Positions 19,928 to 30,532 of a stretch of DNA of 64,000 nucleotides are shown piece after piece (positions within the stretch are counted from its first letter, which is position 1; every line of letters begins with the position of its first letter). The notes beneath the pieces were generated by a model. It made no database searches. It had not been told where the DNA came from and worked only from the letters and a program-made list of their open reading frames with translations. Where the stretch lies: NCBI GenBank assembly GCA_963760795.1, contig CAVXEP010000032.1, positions 64,001 through 128,000 of the forward strand, read 5' to 3'. The position numbers and the translations under genes were made by a program. The DNA comes from an uncultured delta proteobacterium (GTDB lineage Bacteria; Desulfobacterota; Binatia; UBA9968).

Positions 19928-20248
19928 ATGGAAAGCATCAATCAAACGATTATCGAAGCTGAAGTCATCGAGGCGCTGCGCACCATCTTTGACCCGGAGA
20001 TCCCGGTGAATGTTTACGAGCTTGGTTTGATCTACCTGGTCGAGGTCAGCGGCGAAGGGGCGGTGGCGATTCGCATGACGCTGACCTCGCCGCATTGTCC
20101 GGCAGTGCAGTCGATGCCGGCGGAAATCGAAGCTAAGGTGCGGACGATTTCGGGCGTCAGCGATGTCTCCATCGATTTGGTCTGGGATCCGCCTTGGGAT
20201 CAAAGTAAAATGTCCGAAGCCGCCCGGCTGCAGTTGGGAATGATGTAA
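19928..20248 (+). CDS. DUF59 / short SufT-like Fe-S assembly protein
   Basis: 'FDPEIPVNVYELGLIY', 'MTLTSPHCP', 'LVWDPPWDQSKMSEAARLQLG'. Confidence 0.88.
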   Translation: MESINQTIIEAEVIEALRTIFDPEIPVNVYELGLIYLVEVSGEGAVAIRMTLTSPHCPAVQSMPAEIEAKVRTISGVSDVSIDLVWDPPWDQSKMSEAARLQLGMM

Positions 20249-20313
20249 CGTCTTGGTGCGGTTTGGGACGGCCTGAGGAATAGACTTCTGACCCATTCAA
20301 GATTTCCACGACC

Positions 20314-20718
20314 ATGACGCCATTTGAGCAATTAGGCGGCGAAGTAAAACTTCGCGCCGTCATCGATACCTTCATCGACCGCGTGTTCGCCGATCGCATG
20401 ATCGGCTTTTTTTTCCGCAACGCCGACAAAGCGCGTATCAAAGAAATGGAATACCAACTCGCCGCTGGTTTTTTCGGTGCCCCGGTGGAATATCACGGCC
20501 GTCCTCTTGACCAGGTCCATGCCAAGCACCCGATCATGGGCGGGCACTTCGCCAGAAGGCGGCAGATTTTGCAAGAGACCATCGAGGCCCATGGCGTGCC
20601 AGAAGACATAAAAAAACTTTGGCTCGATCATACCGAGGCACTGCGTCGGCTAATCACTCCGGAAAGTGATTCGGGGTGCGACCCAATCGCTGCCCGGGAA
20701 CGTGTCAAAAGTGTCTAA
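20314..20718 (+). CDS. Group 1 truncated hemoglobin-like protein
   Basis: 'FEQLGGE....VIDTF.DRVFAD..I..FF', 'Y.GRPL..VH' 2/2 globin pattern. Confidence 0.8.
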   Translation: MTPFEQLGGEVKLRAVIDTFIDRVFADRMIGFFFRNADKARIKEMEYQLAAGFFGAPVEYHGRPLDQVHAKHPIMGGHFARRRQILQETIEAHGVPEDIKKLWLDHTEALRRLITPESDSGCDPIAARERVKSV

Positions 20719-20818
20719 CCCTGGAAGATTTTTGCATTTTCTCGCGCTGAACATTTGTCGACGCTAGAACCTTGTGCTACTAATAGTAGCGAGCGTCAGG
20801 TAGTCATCTAGGACTTGT

Positions 20819-21682
20819 GTGCGATTAGCCGAGCTTTACAACCAACCTAGCTTGACCCTATCGGTTGAGTTCTTTCCTCCAAAGACAGAAAAAGGCGAGG
20901 AAAACCTCTTCAGCGAAATCGAGCTGATCAAGAGGATAAACCCCGCCTTCTGTTCTGTTACGTACGGGGCGGGCGGAAGCACGCGCGAAAAAACCGTCGA
21001 TATCGTGGATACGATCCATTCCGGTTGCGGTTTCGATGTCATGTGCCACTTAACCGTGGTCGGCCAGTCGAAGGACGATGCTCGCGCTGTGCTCAGAAAA
21101 CTCAAAGAACATGGTATTGAAAATATCCTCGCTCTGGGCGGCGATCCACCCCAGGGCATGAACGACTGGCAGCCGCATCGGGACGGATTCCACCACGCCA
21201 TCGAATTGGTTCGCGAGGCGGTAGCGATGCGGTTTTTTGCCGTGGCGGTGGCGGGCTTTCCGGAAGTCCATCCCCGGGCGGTGAGCCGGGACGCTGATTT
21301 GCGCTTCCTCAAGGAGAAAGTCGACGCCGGTGCCGATGCCATCATCACCCAACTGTTTTTCGACAATCAGTATTTTTATCGCTTCAGCGACGATCTGCGA
21401 AAGCTTGGCGTTACCGTGCCGATCATTCCAGGAGTTTTACCGCTGCAATCGGCGCCGCAGGTGCGCCGTTTCACCGCGCTTTGCGGTTCGAAGATCCCAG
21501 CGAATCTGGAGACAGAACTGGGGAAAGTCGAGAACGATGACGACGCCGCGGTTGAACTGGGCATTGAATACGCCAGCCGGCAGTGCGAGGAATTGATTAA
21601 GTTTGGCGTGCCCGGGCTGCATTTTTACACGTTAAATAAGTCCTATTCGGTGTTGGCGATTCATCGCAATCTCGGTCTCTAA
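20819..21682 (+). CDS. metF: Methylenetetrahydrofolate reductase
   Basis: 'SVEFFPPKT', 'SVTYGAGGS', 'KEKVDAGAD..ITQLFFDN', 'HFYTLN'. Confidence 0.94.
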   Translation: MRLAELYNQPSLTLSVEFFPPKTEKGEENLFSEIELIKRINPAFCSVTYGAGGSTREKTVDIVDTIHSGCGFDVMCHLTVVGQSKDDARAVLRKLKEHGIENILALGGDPPQGMNDWQPHRDGFHHAIELVREAVAMRFFAVAVAGFPEVHPRAVSRDADLRFLKEKVDAGADAIITQLFFDNQYFYRFSDDLRKLGVTVPIIPGVLPLQSAPQVRRFTALCGSKIPANLETELGKVENDDDAAVELGIEYASRQCEELIKFGVPGLHFYTLNKSYSVLAIHRNLGL

Positions 21683-21746
21683 TTTTTTCCACTGCGGTCA
21701 GTTTTCAGTTATTCTTCCGCCGGCTCCGCCGGTCAACGAAAGCGTC

Positions 21747-23252
21747 ATGTCTGATAACCAACCCATTGTCGCCGCCGAAGAAAACGAGCAGGTCGAAGTC
21801 CGCAAGCAAAAGCTCGCCAAACTCCGCGAGGGCGGGCAGATCGTCTATCCCAACGATTTCAAACCGTCTCATTCCGTGGCGAACGTGTTTGCCGCAGCCG
21901 GTAGTTCGAGCGACGAAGAGCTGCATGGCAATCCGACGCAGGTCGCGGTGGCCGGCCGGATTATGGCGATCCGGCGCATGGGCAAAGCCTCATTCTTTCA
22001 CATTCAAGACCGGCGCGGCCGTCTGCAAGTTTACGCGCGTAAAGATAAGATCGGCGATGATGCCTACGGCTTGTTTCAGAGCTTCGACATCGGCGATCTG
22101 GTCGGTGTGTCGGGCCATCTGTTTCGCACCAAGACCAAGGAGCTGACTGTCGAGGCCGCTGGGTTGCGGTTGCTCACCAAGTGTCTGCGGCCGCTGCCTG
22201 AGAAATGGCATGGCCTCGCCGATGTCGAAGCGCGTTACCGCCAGCGTTACGTCGATCTGATGGTTAACCCCGAGGTCCGTGACGTGTTCGAAAAGCGCTC
22301 GCGCATCGTGCGCTTGATTCGGCGCTTTTTCGAAGAGCGCGACTTTCTCGAGGTCGAGACGCCGATGATGCAATCGATTCCCGGCGGCGCCGCGGCGAAA
22401 CCGTTTACGACTCATCACAACGCCCTCGATATGGAGTTGCATCTGCGGGTCGCGCCGGAACTTTTTCTCAAGCGGCTGCTGGTCGGCGGCTTCGAGCGGG
22501 TCTTCGAGCTTAACCGGAATTTTCGCAACGAAGGAATTTCGGTGCGCCATAATCCGGAATTCACCATGGTTGAGTTCTATCAAGCCTATGCGACCTTCGA
22601 GGATCTTATCCAATTGACCGAGGAGTTGTTTGGCGCCATTGCTCAAGATCTCGCCGGCGGTCTGCAGCTGGCGTATAACGGCGCCACCATCGACTTGACC
22701 CGGCCTTGGCGGCGTTTAACCATCCGCGACGCGGTGCTGGTTCATGGCGGCGCCGAGGAGAAAGACGTGGTGAGCTTGGCGTGCCTGCGAGCCTTCGCCA
22801 GAGAGCGCGGTTTGAAAATCGATCTCGATGTGTCTTACGGCAAGCTGTTGGTGGCGGTATTTGAAGAGGTCGCCGAAACGAAAATGATTCAGCCGACGTT
22901 TTTGACCGGCTTCCCCGTCGAAGTCTCGCCGCTGGCGCGCAAAAACGATTACGACCCGGCCATGGTCGATCGTTTCGAGCTTTACATTGGTGGCCGGGAA
23001 CTCGCTAACGCATTCTCGGAACTTAACGACCCGGCCGATCAGCGGCAACGCTTCCTCGAACAGATGCAGGCCCGCGCCGCAGGCGACGAGGAAGCCAATC
23101 CCATCGACGACGATTACGTTCGCGCCCTTGAATACGGTATGCCGCCGGCCGCCGGCGAAGGTATCGGCATCGACCGCTTAGTGATGTTGTTCACCGACTC
23201 TCCGTCCATCCGAGATGTTATTCTTTTCCCGCTATTGCGCCCGCACCGTTAA
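21747..23252 (+). CDS. lysS: Lysine--tRNA ligase (class II)
   Basis: 'RYRQRYVDL', 'NFRNEGIS.RHNPEFT', 'YGMPPAAGEGIGIDRL'. Confidence 0.97.
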   Translation: MSDNQPIVAAEENEQVEVRKQKLAKLREGGQIVYPNDFKPSHSVANVFAAAGSSSDEELHGNPTQVAVAGRIMAIRRMGKASFFHIQDRRGRLQVYARKDKIGDDAYGLFQSFDIGDLVGVSGHLFRTKTKELTVEAAGLRLLTKCLRPLPEKWHGLADVEARYRQRYVDLMVNPEVRDVFEKRSRIVRLIRRFFEERDFLEVETPMMQSIPGGAAAKPFTTHHNALDMELHLRVAPELFLKRLLVGGFERVFELNRNFRNEGISVRHNPEFTMVEFYQAYATFEDLIQLTEELFGAIAQDLAGGLQLAYNGATIDLTRPWRRLTIRDAVLVHGGAEEKDVVSLACLRAFARERGLKIDLDVSYGKLLVAVFEEVAETKMIQPTFLTGFPVEVSPLARKNDYDPAMVDRFELYIGGRELANAFSELNDPADQRQRFLEQMQARAAGDEEANPIDDDYVRALEYGMPPAAGEGIGIDRLVMLFTDSPSIRDVILFPLLRPHR

Positions 23253-23272
23253 GCTTCACGTCGATCCACCCG

Positions 23273-24520
23273 ATGCGCTACGAATTATTTATTGGCCTGC
23301 GTTATTTGCAGGCGCGCCGGCGCGAAACGTTTATCTCACTGATCACCCTGATCTCGATCTGCGGCGTCATGATCGGCGTCATGACGTTGAACGTCGTCAT
23401 GTCGGTGATGACCGGCTTCGAGGAAACCCTGCGCGACCGCTTGCTCGGCATCAACGCGCATATCGCCTTGGTTCGTTCCGGCGAGCCGATGAGGGATTAT
23501 GATAAACTAGCGCAGCTAATGAGTAAGGTGCCGGGTGTCGTGGCGGCGTCACCGACGATTTACGGCCAAGTGATGCTGACCGCGGGGCCGCGCGTTACCG
23601 GCGTGGTGGTTCGCGGCGTCGATCCCGATCGCGTCAATGGCGTGGTGAATCTCCAAAGTTTCATGCGCGAGGGCAGCCTTGACGGTCTCAAGCGCCAGCA
23701 CCCGATCCAGGTCGATGAGCGCACCGTAAGTTTGCCGGGGATCATTCTCGGCGAACGGCTCGCCAATCAGCTGGGTGTCTTTCGCGGCAGCGCGGTGCAG
23801 GTGGTGTCGCCGTTGGGCAGTCCCACCGCCATCGGGGTTATTCCCAAAGTGCGCCGTTTTGTCGTCAGCGGCATTCTCAAAAGCGGCATGAGCGAGATCG
23901 ATTCGACCTTGATTTTTATGAGCCTCACCGATGCCCAGAAGTTTTTTGAACTTGGCGATGGCGTGACGAATATTGAGATGCGCGTTCAAGATGTAAGCCG
24001 CTCGCGAGAAATTGCTGACCGGATACAGCTGCAGCTGGGATTCCCCTATTTCGCCGAGGATTGGACCCGCTTGTGGCCCAATCTGTTTTCCGCGCTGAAA
24101 TTGGAGAAGACGGTTTATTTTCTGGTCTTGCTGCTGATGGTCTTGATCGGCGCTTTCAATATCGTCTCAACCCTGGTCATGGTGGTCATGGAGAAGCGCA
24201 AGGATATTGCCATCCTCCGTTCCATGGGTGCCACCCAAAAGAGCATCCGTAAGATATTTTTACTGAAGGGCTGTTTGATCGGTGTGGTGGGAACGATTCT
24301 TGGCGTGGTCTTGGGTTATTTGGTCTGTATTCTGATTTCCAAGTATGAATTTCAATTGCCGGACGGCGTCTTCCTGATTCAAACGGTGCCGGTACGAATT
24401 TATTGGAGCAACTTTCTCCTGGTGGCTTTGGCGTCGTTTGTCGTTTGTTTGTTGGCGAGCCTCTATCCAGCGCGCCAGGCGGCCAAGCTCGACCCCGTGG
24501 AAATCATTCGTTATGAGTGA
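23273..24520 (+). CDS. lolE: Lipoprotein-releasing ABC transporter permease LolC/LolE
   Basis: 'FIGLRYL....FIS.I', 'SVMTGFE', 'KRKDIAILRSMGA', 'YPARQAAKLDP'. Confidence 0.9.
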   Translation: MRYELFIGLRYLQARRRETFISLITLISICGVMIGVMTLNVVMSVMTGFEETLRDRLLGINAHIALVRSGEPMRDYDKLAQLMSKVPGVVAASPTIYGQVMLTAGPRVTGVVVRGVDPDRVNGVVNLQSFMREGSLDGLKRQHPIQVDERTVSLPGIILGERLANQLGVFRGSAVQVVSPLGSPTAIGVIPKVRRFVVSGILKSGMSEIDSTLIFMSLTDAQKFFELGDGVTNIEMRVQDVSRSREIADRIQLQLGFPYFAEDWTRLWPNLFSALKLEKTVYFLVLLLMVLIGAFNIVSTLVMVVMEKRKDIAILRSMGATQKSIRKIFLLKGCLIGVVGTILGVVLGYLVCILISKYEFQLPDGVFLIQTVPVRIYWSNFLLVALASFVVCLLASLYPARQAAKLDPVEIIRYE

Positions 24521-25190
24521 ACTGCTGGCCGTGCGCGATTTGCGCAAGTCGTTCACCGAGGGCGCCACCGAGATTCATGTCTTACGCGGCGCCAATTTCG
24601 ATTTGGCCGAAGGCGAGCGCGTCGCGGTTGTCGGACAGTCGGGGGTCGGTAAGAGCACGCTGCTGCATATTCTCGGTACTCTCGACCGGCCGACCTCAGG
24701 GCAGATTCTTTTCCGTGGCAAAGAGCTGCCATTGAACGATGAGACTTCGCTGTGCCAGTTTCGCAATCGCCAGATCGGTTTCGTTTTTCAATTTCACTAT
24801 TTGTTGCCGGATTTCTCGGCGATTGAAAACGTCATGTTTCCGGCCCTGATACAAGGGATGGATGCGCCACAGGCGCGCAGCGAAGGCGAACGCTTGCTGG
24901 AAAGGGTCGGACTAAAAGACCGCATGAGCCATCGGCCGGGCAAGCTCTCCGGCGGTGAGCAGCAACGGGTCGCGGTCGCCAGGGCGGTGATTCTGCAGCC
25001 GAGTTTGGTGCTCGCCGACGAACCCACGGGGTCGTTGGATCTGCACATTGGCGAAGAAGTGCAAGAGCTGTTATTTCAGCTCAATCAGGAAAAGAATATC
25101 GCCCTGATCGTCGCCACCCATAACCGTGAGTTCGCCGCTAAGATCGGCCGGCGGGTCGAACTGCGCGACGGGCATTTGTTCGCAGGTTAG
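24513..25190 (+). CDS. lolD: Lipoprotein-releasing ABC transporter ATPase LolD
   Basis: GQSGVGKST, '[10 protein letters not shown]' LolD motif, LSGGEQQR. Confidence 0.92.
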   Translation: MSELLAVRDLRKSFTEGATEIHVLRGANFDLAEGERVAVVGQSGVGKSTLLHILGTLDRPTSGQILFRGKELPLNDETSLCQFRNRQIGFVFQFHYLLPDFSAIENVMFPALIQGMDAPQARSEGERLLERVGLKDRMSHRPGKLSGGEQQRVAVARAVILQPSLVLADEPTGSLDLHIGEEVQELLFQLNQEKNIALIVATHNREFAAKIGRRVELRDGHLFAG

Positions 25191-25282
25191 TTTTCCGCCC
25201 AGAATCCTTTACAAAAATGGTTCGTTTTGCTAATAAATTGGAATCTTTGGCAACTTTGGAGAGCGAATTACCGAAGCCATCC

Positions 25283-27682
25283 ATGCCGCCGACCAAATTT
25301 CTCAGCAGCCTTTTAGTCTTCCTAACCGTCGCCGTCGCTATTTTGGGCGTCAGCGCCGGATTCGCTCAAGAGGGGACTCGGCTCAAAGACGTGCGCATCG
25401 GCGGCAATGTCCGGGTCGAGGAGGACGGCATCCGTTTGCACGTCAAGAGCCGGGCAGGCGATGCATTCAACGCTGCCGCGATCGAACAAGATGTCAAAGC
25501 GATTTTTCGCATGGGTTTCTTCGATGATGTGCAGGCCGAGTTGTCGCCTGACAATGTCCTGACGTACGCGGTTAAGGAAAAACCCTATGTCCGGGAAGTC
25601 CGCATCCAAGGCCAAGCGCAGGTGTCGCGAGACAAAATTGAGACCGCTCTCGGGGTGGCCCCGAGAACGATCTTGGACCGCAGTAAAGTATCGGAAGGTG
25701 TCGAAAAAGTTCGTAAGCTCTACACTGAGCAGGGCTATGTGAATGCCGCGGTGGACTTCGCGGTGTCCGCGGAGGCGAACAACCAAGTGGTCGTGGCGCT
25801 CGACATTATCGAAGGTAATCGGTTGCTCATCAAACGAATATCGTTTGAGGGCAATAAGGCGTTTTCCGAAAGCGAACTCAAGGGCTTGCTAGGGACGAAG
25901 GAGGAATGGATTTTTTCCTATTTCACCAATCGAGGTGTTCTCGATCGCGATATGTTGACCAACGACGTGGCGATTCTGTCGAATCATTTCAACGATAATG
26001 GCTACGTCGATAATAAGATCGACGAACCGATCATTGTCAGAGCGCGGGATGGTCTCGAAGTGATCTTCCGTGTCAATGAAGGCGCGCAATATCGCGTCGG
26101 CAAAGTGGAGATCGGTGGGGAATTAATCGACGACGGTCAGAAAATGCTCAAGTCGGTTAAGCTTACCACCGGACAAATCTTTCGCGGCAGTCGCTTGCGT
26201 GAAGATATCACGGCTCTAAACGAGACCTATGCTAACAAGGGATTCGCGTTCGTGCAGGTCGATCCGATTACCCAGGTCGACCCAGCGAAGAAGGTCGTCG
26301 ATGTCGCCCTGGTGATCGCCAAGGGGCCGCCAGTCTATTTCAACCGGGTGCTGGTCGCGGGAAACACCAAGACGCGCGACAAAGTTGTGCGCCGCGAATT
26401 GCTAGTCAATGAACAAGAGCTTTATTCCGGCGTTAAGATTACCCAAAGCCGCAATGCACTTCAGCGCACCGGCTATTTTGAAGATGTACAGCTAAACACG
26501 AAAAAGACCGACCAGTCGGATGCACTGGATCTCGTGGTCGATGTGAAGGAAGGGCCCACTGGAACCTTCCAGGTCGGCGCCGGGTATAGCAGCGGTGATG
26601 GTTTACTTTTCAACGCCAATGTTTCGGAAAAGAACTTCATGGGGCGGGGCCAGTCGCTGAGCGGTAATTTCAGCATCGGCTCGACCCGGCAAGATTTCAT
26701 CGTCAACGTGACGGACCCCTATTTCCTGGATTCTAAAGTATCGCTGGGGCTGGACGCGTTTAACACGACTCGCGAGTATGACGATTTCGATGAAAAGAAG
26801 TTGGGCTTCGGCGTCAATAGCAGCTACCCGCTCAAGAATTTTTCCTGGCCATTTTTTAATAAGTCAGCTAGTGCCAAGGGGTTAGGGTCCGACGCTAGCG
26901 CAAGCCAGCAAATTACCTTTTGGGATTTCATGCGCGGTGGCTTGTCTTATGCCTTCACCCGAGATGATATTACGCACGTAGAGGCGACCGCGTCTCCATC
27001 CATTAAGGAGGAACAGGGAGTCACTCTGACCAGTGCCGTCACCCCGAGCCTAATCTATGATAGCCGCGATCATTTCTTTGCACCGACAGCGGGCGCTAAA
27101 GTAGCTTTATCGCAGACGATGGCGGGCCTAGGTGGGGATAGTCGCTTTCTGAAAACCGATTTGACTGCCCGTTGGTATTACCAGTTATTTAAGGACCCGA
27201 ACTGGGGCGGCGCCTACGTCTTAGGACTTGGCGGGCAACTCGGATACGGTCTCGGCTATGCTGGGAACAGCAGCGGCAATGATTTGCCTTTGTTTGAGCG
27301 TTATTTCCTCGGCGGCATCAATTCGGTGCGTGGGTTCGAGGATAGAAGTTTGGGGCCGCGTGAGCCGTCCAGTTGCACTACCACGAATGGCGTAACGAAA
27401 TGTACCGGTACTGAGGTTGTCGGCGGCGACAGAGCAGCGGTGTTCAACGCCGAGATCGCATTCCCCGTCATGGAGCAATACGGGTTGCGGGGTGTGGCAT
27501 TTTTTGATGCGGGTAATTCTTTCAACTCGTTCAACTTCAGTGACCTGCGGAGCTCCGTTGGCGTCGGTGCCCGTTGGATGTCTCCTTTTGGTCCTTTGCG
27601 CGTCGATCTCGGTTTTGCCATCATCAAAAAATCTGTTGACGAGACCGCAGTGCTCGGCTTCTCCGTCGGCGCACAGCCGTAA
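25283..27682 (+). CDS. bamA: Outer membrane protein assembly factor BamA
   Basis: POTRA repeats, 'GNTKTRDKVVRRE', 'SVRGF', 'SPFGPLR'; start uncertain (25217 or 25283). Confidence 0.94.
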   Translation: MPPTKFLSSLLVFLTVAVAILGVSAGFAQEGTRLKDVRIGGNVRVEEDGIRLHVKSRAGDAFNAAAIEQDVKAIFRMGFFDDVQAELSPDNVLTYAVKEKPYVREVRIQGQAQVSRDKIETALGVAPRTILDRSKVSEGVEKVRKLYTEQGYVNAAVDFAVSAEANNQVVVALDIIEGNRLLIKRISFEGNKAFSESELKGLLGTKEEWIFSYFTNRGVLDRDMLTNDVAILSNHFNDNGYVDNKIDEPIIVRARDGLEVIFRVNEGAQYRVGKVEIGGELIDDGQKMLKSVKLTTGQIFRGSRLREDITALNETYANKGFAFVQVDPITQVDPAKKVVDVALVIAKGPPVYFNRVLVAGNTKTRDKVVRRELLVNEQELYSGVKITQSRNALQRTGYFEDVQLNTKKTDQSDALDLVVDVKEGPTGTFQVGAGYSSGDGLLFNANVSEKNFMGRGQSLSGNFSIGSTRQDFIVNVTDPYFLDSKVSLGLDAFNTTREYDDFDEKKLGFGVNSSYPLKNFSWPFFNKSASAKGLGSDASASQQITFWDFMRGGLSYAFTRDDITHVEATASPSIKEEQGVTLTSAVTPSLIYDSRDHFFAPTAGAKVALSQTMAGLGGDSRFLKTDLTARWYYQLFKDPNWGGAYVLGLGGQLGYGLGYAGNSSGNDLPLFERYFLGGINSVRGFEDRSLGPREPSSCTTTNGVTKCTGTEVVGGDRAAVFNAEIAFPVMEQYGLRGVAFFDAGNSFNSFNFSDLRSSVGVGARWMSPFGPLRVDLGFAIIKKSVDETAVLGFSVGAQP

Positions 27683-27725
27683 CCGTTTGCTTCTTTGCAA
27701 TCACAAAATTGACTGGAGGTTTTGA

Positions 27726-28235
27726 GTGAAATATTGGCTCGTGCTGGTACTAGTAGCGCTATCTTGGGTGCCGGGCTGGGCGCAGGATCGGATGAAAATA
27801 GGTTATATCGACGTACGACGCGTGGTCTCGGAGTCCGCCGCCGGAAAACGGGCGGGCGATCGTTTGCAGGTGCAGGTCAAAAAAGCCGAAGCGGATACGC
27901 TTAGAGAGCGGCAGGAGCTTGAGCGCATGCGCAACGATCTCGATAAGAAAGGGCCGTTGCTCAAAGAGGAGGAGCGGCGCAACCTCGAAAGCGATTTCCA
28001 AAAACGATCGGTCACGCTACAGCGCACCATGACCGATCTACAGCAGGAACTGCAGTTGAAAGAACGCGAAATGATGCAGGATATTCTCAAAGAGCTTGAA
28101 GGGGTGGTCACGGAGGTTGGTAAAGCCGAAAAGTTCACCCTGATTCTCGATCGTTCGCAGATTCTTTTCGCCGATCAAGCCGTCGATATCACCAGCAGAG
28201 TGATCGAGGCGTTCAATAGCCGGGCAAAAAAATAA
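27726..28235 (+). CDS. skp: Periplasmic chaperone Skp/OmpH
   Basis: Signal peptide, 'KIGYIDV', coiled coil, 'VDIT..VI'; follows bamA. Confidence 0.9.
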   Translation: MKYWLVLVLVALSWVPGWAQDRMKIGYIDVRRVVSESAAGKRAGDRLQVQVKKAEADTLRERQELERMRNDLDKKGPLLKEEERRNLESDFQKRSVTLQRTMTDLQQELQLKEREMMQDILKELEGVVTEVGKAEKFTLILDRSQILFADQAVDITSRVIEAFNSRAKK

Positions 28236-29282
28236 GTGTCCCTGGAGCGAACTTTAACGGCATTGGCGGCCATGGTCGGGGGCAATGTGGTCGGCGATGG
28301 TGACGTGGTCATTCGCCGAGTGGCACCGATCGATGAGGCGACGGCCGGTGAAATCACGTTTCTAACTAACCCCCGTTACGGTAAATACTTGGATCGCTGC
28401 CGCGCCAGCGCCGTGATCGTCGGCAACGGTACCGCAGCGGCGCTCGCCGGACGGTCGCCGGTGTCATTTCTCGAAGCCGCGGATCCCTACATCGCCTTCG
28501 CCAAGATTCTCCAGCTGTTTGCGCCGGCGCTTGCGCTGGCGCAAACTTGTAGTCCGCAGTCGAGTATCGATCCATCGTCGGTCATCGGCGCCGGAGTCAC
28601 GGTTTTCCCCCATGCGTTTGTCGGCGCACACGCCAAAGTCGGTGACAATTCCGTGCTCTATCCGGGTGTTTTTGTCGGTGCCGATGTCGAGATCGGCAGG
28701 GACTGCGTGCTTCATCCCAATGTCGCGGTCAGAGACGGTTGCCGCATCGGCGACCGTGTGATACTTCACGCCGGGGTGGTGATTGGCAGCGACGGCTTTG
28801 GCTATGCCGGCCGGGGCGAAAGTCGGGTGAAGATTCCACAAGTGGGCATTGTCGTGATCGAGGACGATGTCGAGATTGGCGCCAACACCACGGTCGATCG
28901 CGCAACTTTGGGTCAGACCGTGATTCAGCGCGGTGCCAAGATCGATAATCTCGTGCAGATCGCCCACAACGTAATTATCGGCGAACATTCGGTGGTGGCG
29001 GCGCAGGCCGGTATCGCCGGCAGCACTAAGGTCGGTAAGCATGTGACGATCGCCGGCCAGGTGGGCATCGTCAATCATGTGGAAATCGGCGACGGTGCGA
29101 TGATCGGTCCGCAGTCAGGCATTCCAAAGTCGGTGCCGCCTGGGGTGATTTTGTCCGGCGGTATCGCCGCGGCGCCGCACCATGAGTGGCTCAAAGTCAT
29201 GACCCTGTTGCCGCAACTGCCCAAGCTCTGGGCTTCGGTTCGCGCCATGGAACGGCAAATTTCCCAACTGCTACAAAGGTAG
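28236..29282 (+). CDS. lpxD: UDP-3-O-acylglucosamine N-acyltransferase
   Basis: Hexapeptide repeats, 'GSDGFGY', '[10 protein letters not shown]', '[11 protein letters not shown]'. Confidence 0.95.
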   Translation: MSLERTLTALAAMVGGNVVGDGDVVIRRVAPIDEATAGEITFLTNPRYGKYLDRCRASAVIVGNGTAAALAGRSPVSFLEAADPYIAFAKILQLFAPALALAQTCSPQSSIDPSSVIGAGVTVFPHAFVGAHAKVGDNSVLYPGVFVGADVEIGRDCVLHPNVAVRDGCRIGDRVILHAGVVIGSDGFGYAGRGESRVKIPQVGIVVIEDDVEIGANTTVDRATLGQTVIQRGAKIDNLVQIAHNVIIGEHSVVAAQAGIAGSTKVGKHVTIAGQVGIVNHVEIGDGAMIGPQSGIPKSVPPGVILSGGIAAAPHHEWLKVMTLLPQLPKLWASVRAMERQISQLLQR

Positions 29283-29291
29283 GGAACGCCA

Positions 29292-29735
29292 TTGCTTACA
29301 TTGGACGCTAAGGAAATCCTCAACTATTTGCCGCATCGATATCCGTTTCTCTTGGTCGACCGGATTGTTGAAATAGAGGGCGCGGAGCGCATCGTCGGCA
29401 TCAAAAACGTTTCATTCAACGAACCTTTTTTTCAGGGCCATTTCCCGGATCATCCGGTCATGCCGGGAGTGTTGATTTGTGAGGCGATGGCGCAGGTCGG
29501 CGCCATCTTCGCTCATAATACCCGCGGCGGCATGAATGATAAGCGGATTTTTATGCTGACCGGCCTCGATCAAGTCAAGTTCAAGCGTCCGGTGGTACCC
29601 GGCGATCAGTTGCGGATCGAGCTAACCTGCGAAAAGCGCCGTGGCGCCTATTGGAAAATGCAAGGTGTAGCCAGCGTGGATGGCAAGGTGGCGGCGCAAG
29701 CGCTGATCTCAGCCATGGAAGTTGCAATGGCGTAG
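29292..29735 (+). CDS. fabZ: 3-hydroxyacyl-ACP dehydratase
   Basis: 'LPHRYPFLLVDR', 'FFQGHFP..PVMPGVLICEAMAQ'. Confidence 0.96.
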   Translation: MLTLDAKEILNYLPHRYPFLLVDRIVEIEGAERIVGIKNVSFNEPFFQGHFPDHPVMPGVLICEAMAQVGAIFAHNTRGGMNDKRIFMLTGLDQVKFKRPVVPGDQLRIELTCEKRRGAYWKMQGVASVDGKVAAQALISAMEVAMA

Positions 29736-29749
29736 GGCGGTCGGCGCAA

Positions 29750-30526
29750 TTGGCTAAGATTCATTCCACCGCGGTTGTCGATCCGCATGCCGAGCTGGCG
29801 AGTGACGTTGAGATCGGTCCCTATGTCGTGGTTGGCGCTCATGTCAAAATCGGCGCAGCAACCCGGATTCAATCCCACGCAGTGATCGACGGGCTGACGA
29901 CGATTGGACGGGGTAACGTTATTTTCCCATTCGCCACCGTCGGGACGATTCCCCAGGATTTAAAGTACCGAGGCGAACCGAGCGAACTGGTTATCGGCAA
30001 CGACAACCAGATTCGCGAGTTCGCGTCGCTCAATCCCGGCACGGTCGGCGGCGGCATGATTACCCGGGTGGGGAACCATAACCTGCTCATGATGTACTGC
30101 CATATCGCCCATGATTGCATTGTCGGCAATCGTAATGTCATCGCCAATGGCGCCACCCTCGGCGGCCATGTGACGATCGAGGATAATGTCATTGTTGGCG
30201 GTTTGGTTGGAATCCATCAGTTTGTTCGCATCGGCAGCGGGGCGATTCTCGGCGCGGGCTCGATGGTTGCCAAAGATGTGCCGCCATTTTGCAATGCCAC
30301 CGGCGACCGCGCCAGATTGCATGGCCTCAACATCGAAGGGATGAAACGGCGCGGTTTTGACAAAGCGAAGATCGACGCGATCCACAAAGCCTACCGCATT
30401 GTCTTTCGTTCCAAACTCAAGATTCCCCCGGCCTTGGAGAAAATCCGCAGTGAGCTGCCGGCGCTACCGGAGATCGAGCAGTTCGCATCTTTTATTGCCG
30501 CTTCCGATCGCGGCGTGTGCCGTTAG
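29750..30526 (+). CDS. lpxA: Acyl-ACP--UDP-N-acetylglucosamine O-acyltransferase
   Basis: 'IHSTAVV', 'PQDLKY', 'HIAHDC', 'HQFVRIG'; TTG start. Confidence 0.95.
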   Translation: MAKIHSTAVVDPHAELASDVEIGPYVVVGAHVKIGAATRIQSHAVIDGLTTIGRGNVIFPFATVGTIPQDLKYRGEPSELVIGNDNQIREFASLNPGTVGGGMITRVGNHNLLMMYCHIAHDCIVGNRNVIANGATLGGHVTIEDNVIVGGLVGIHQFVRIGSGAILGAGSMVAKDVPPFCNATGDRARLHGLNIEGMKRRGFDKAKIDAIHKAYRIVFRSKLKIPPALEKIRSELPALPEIEQFASFIAASDRGVCR

Positions 30527-30532
30527 ACGCCG

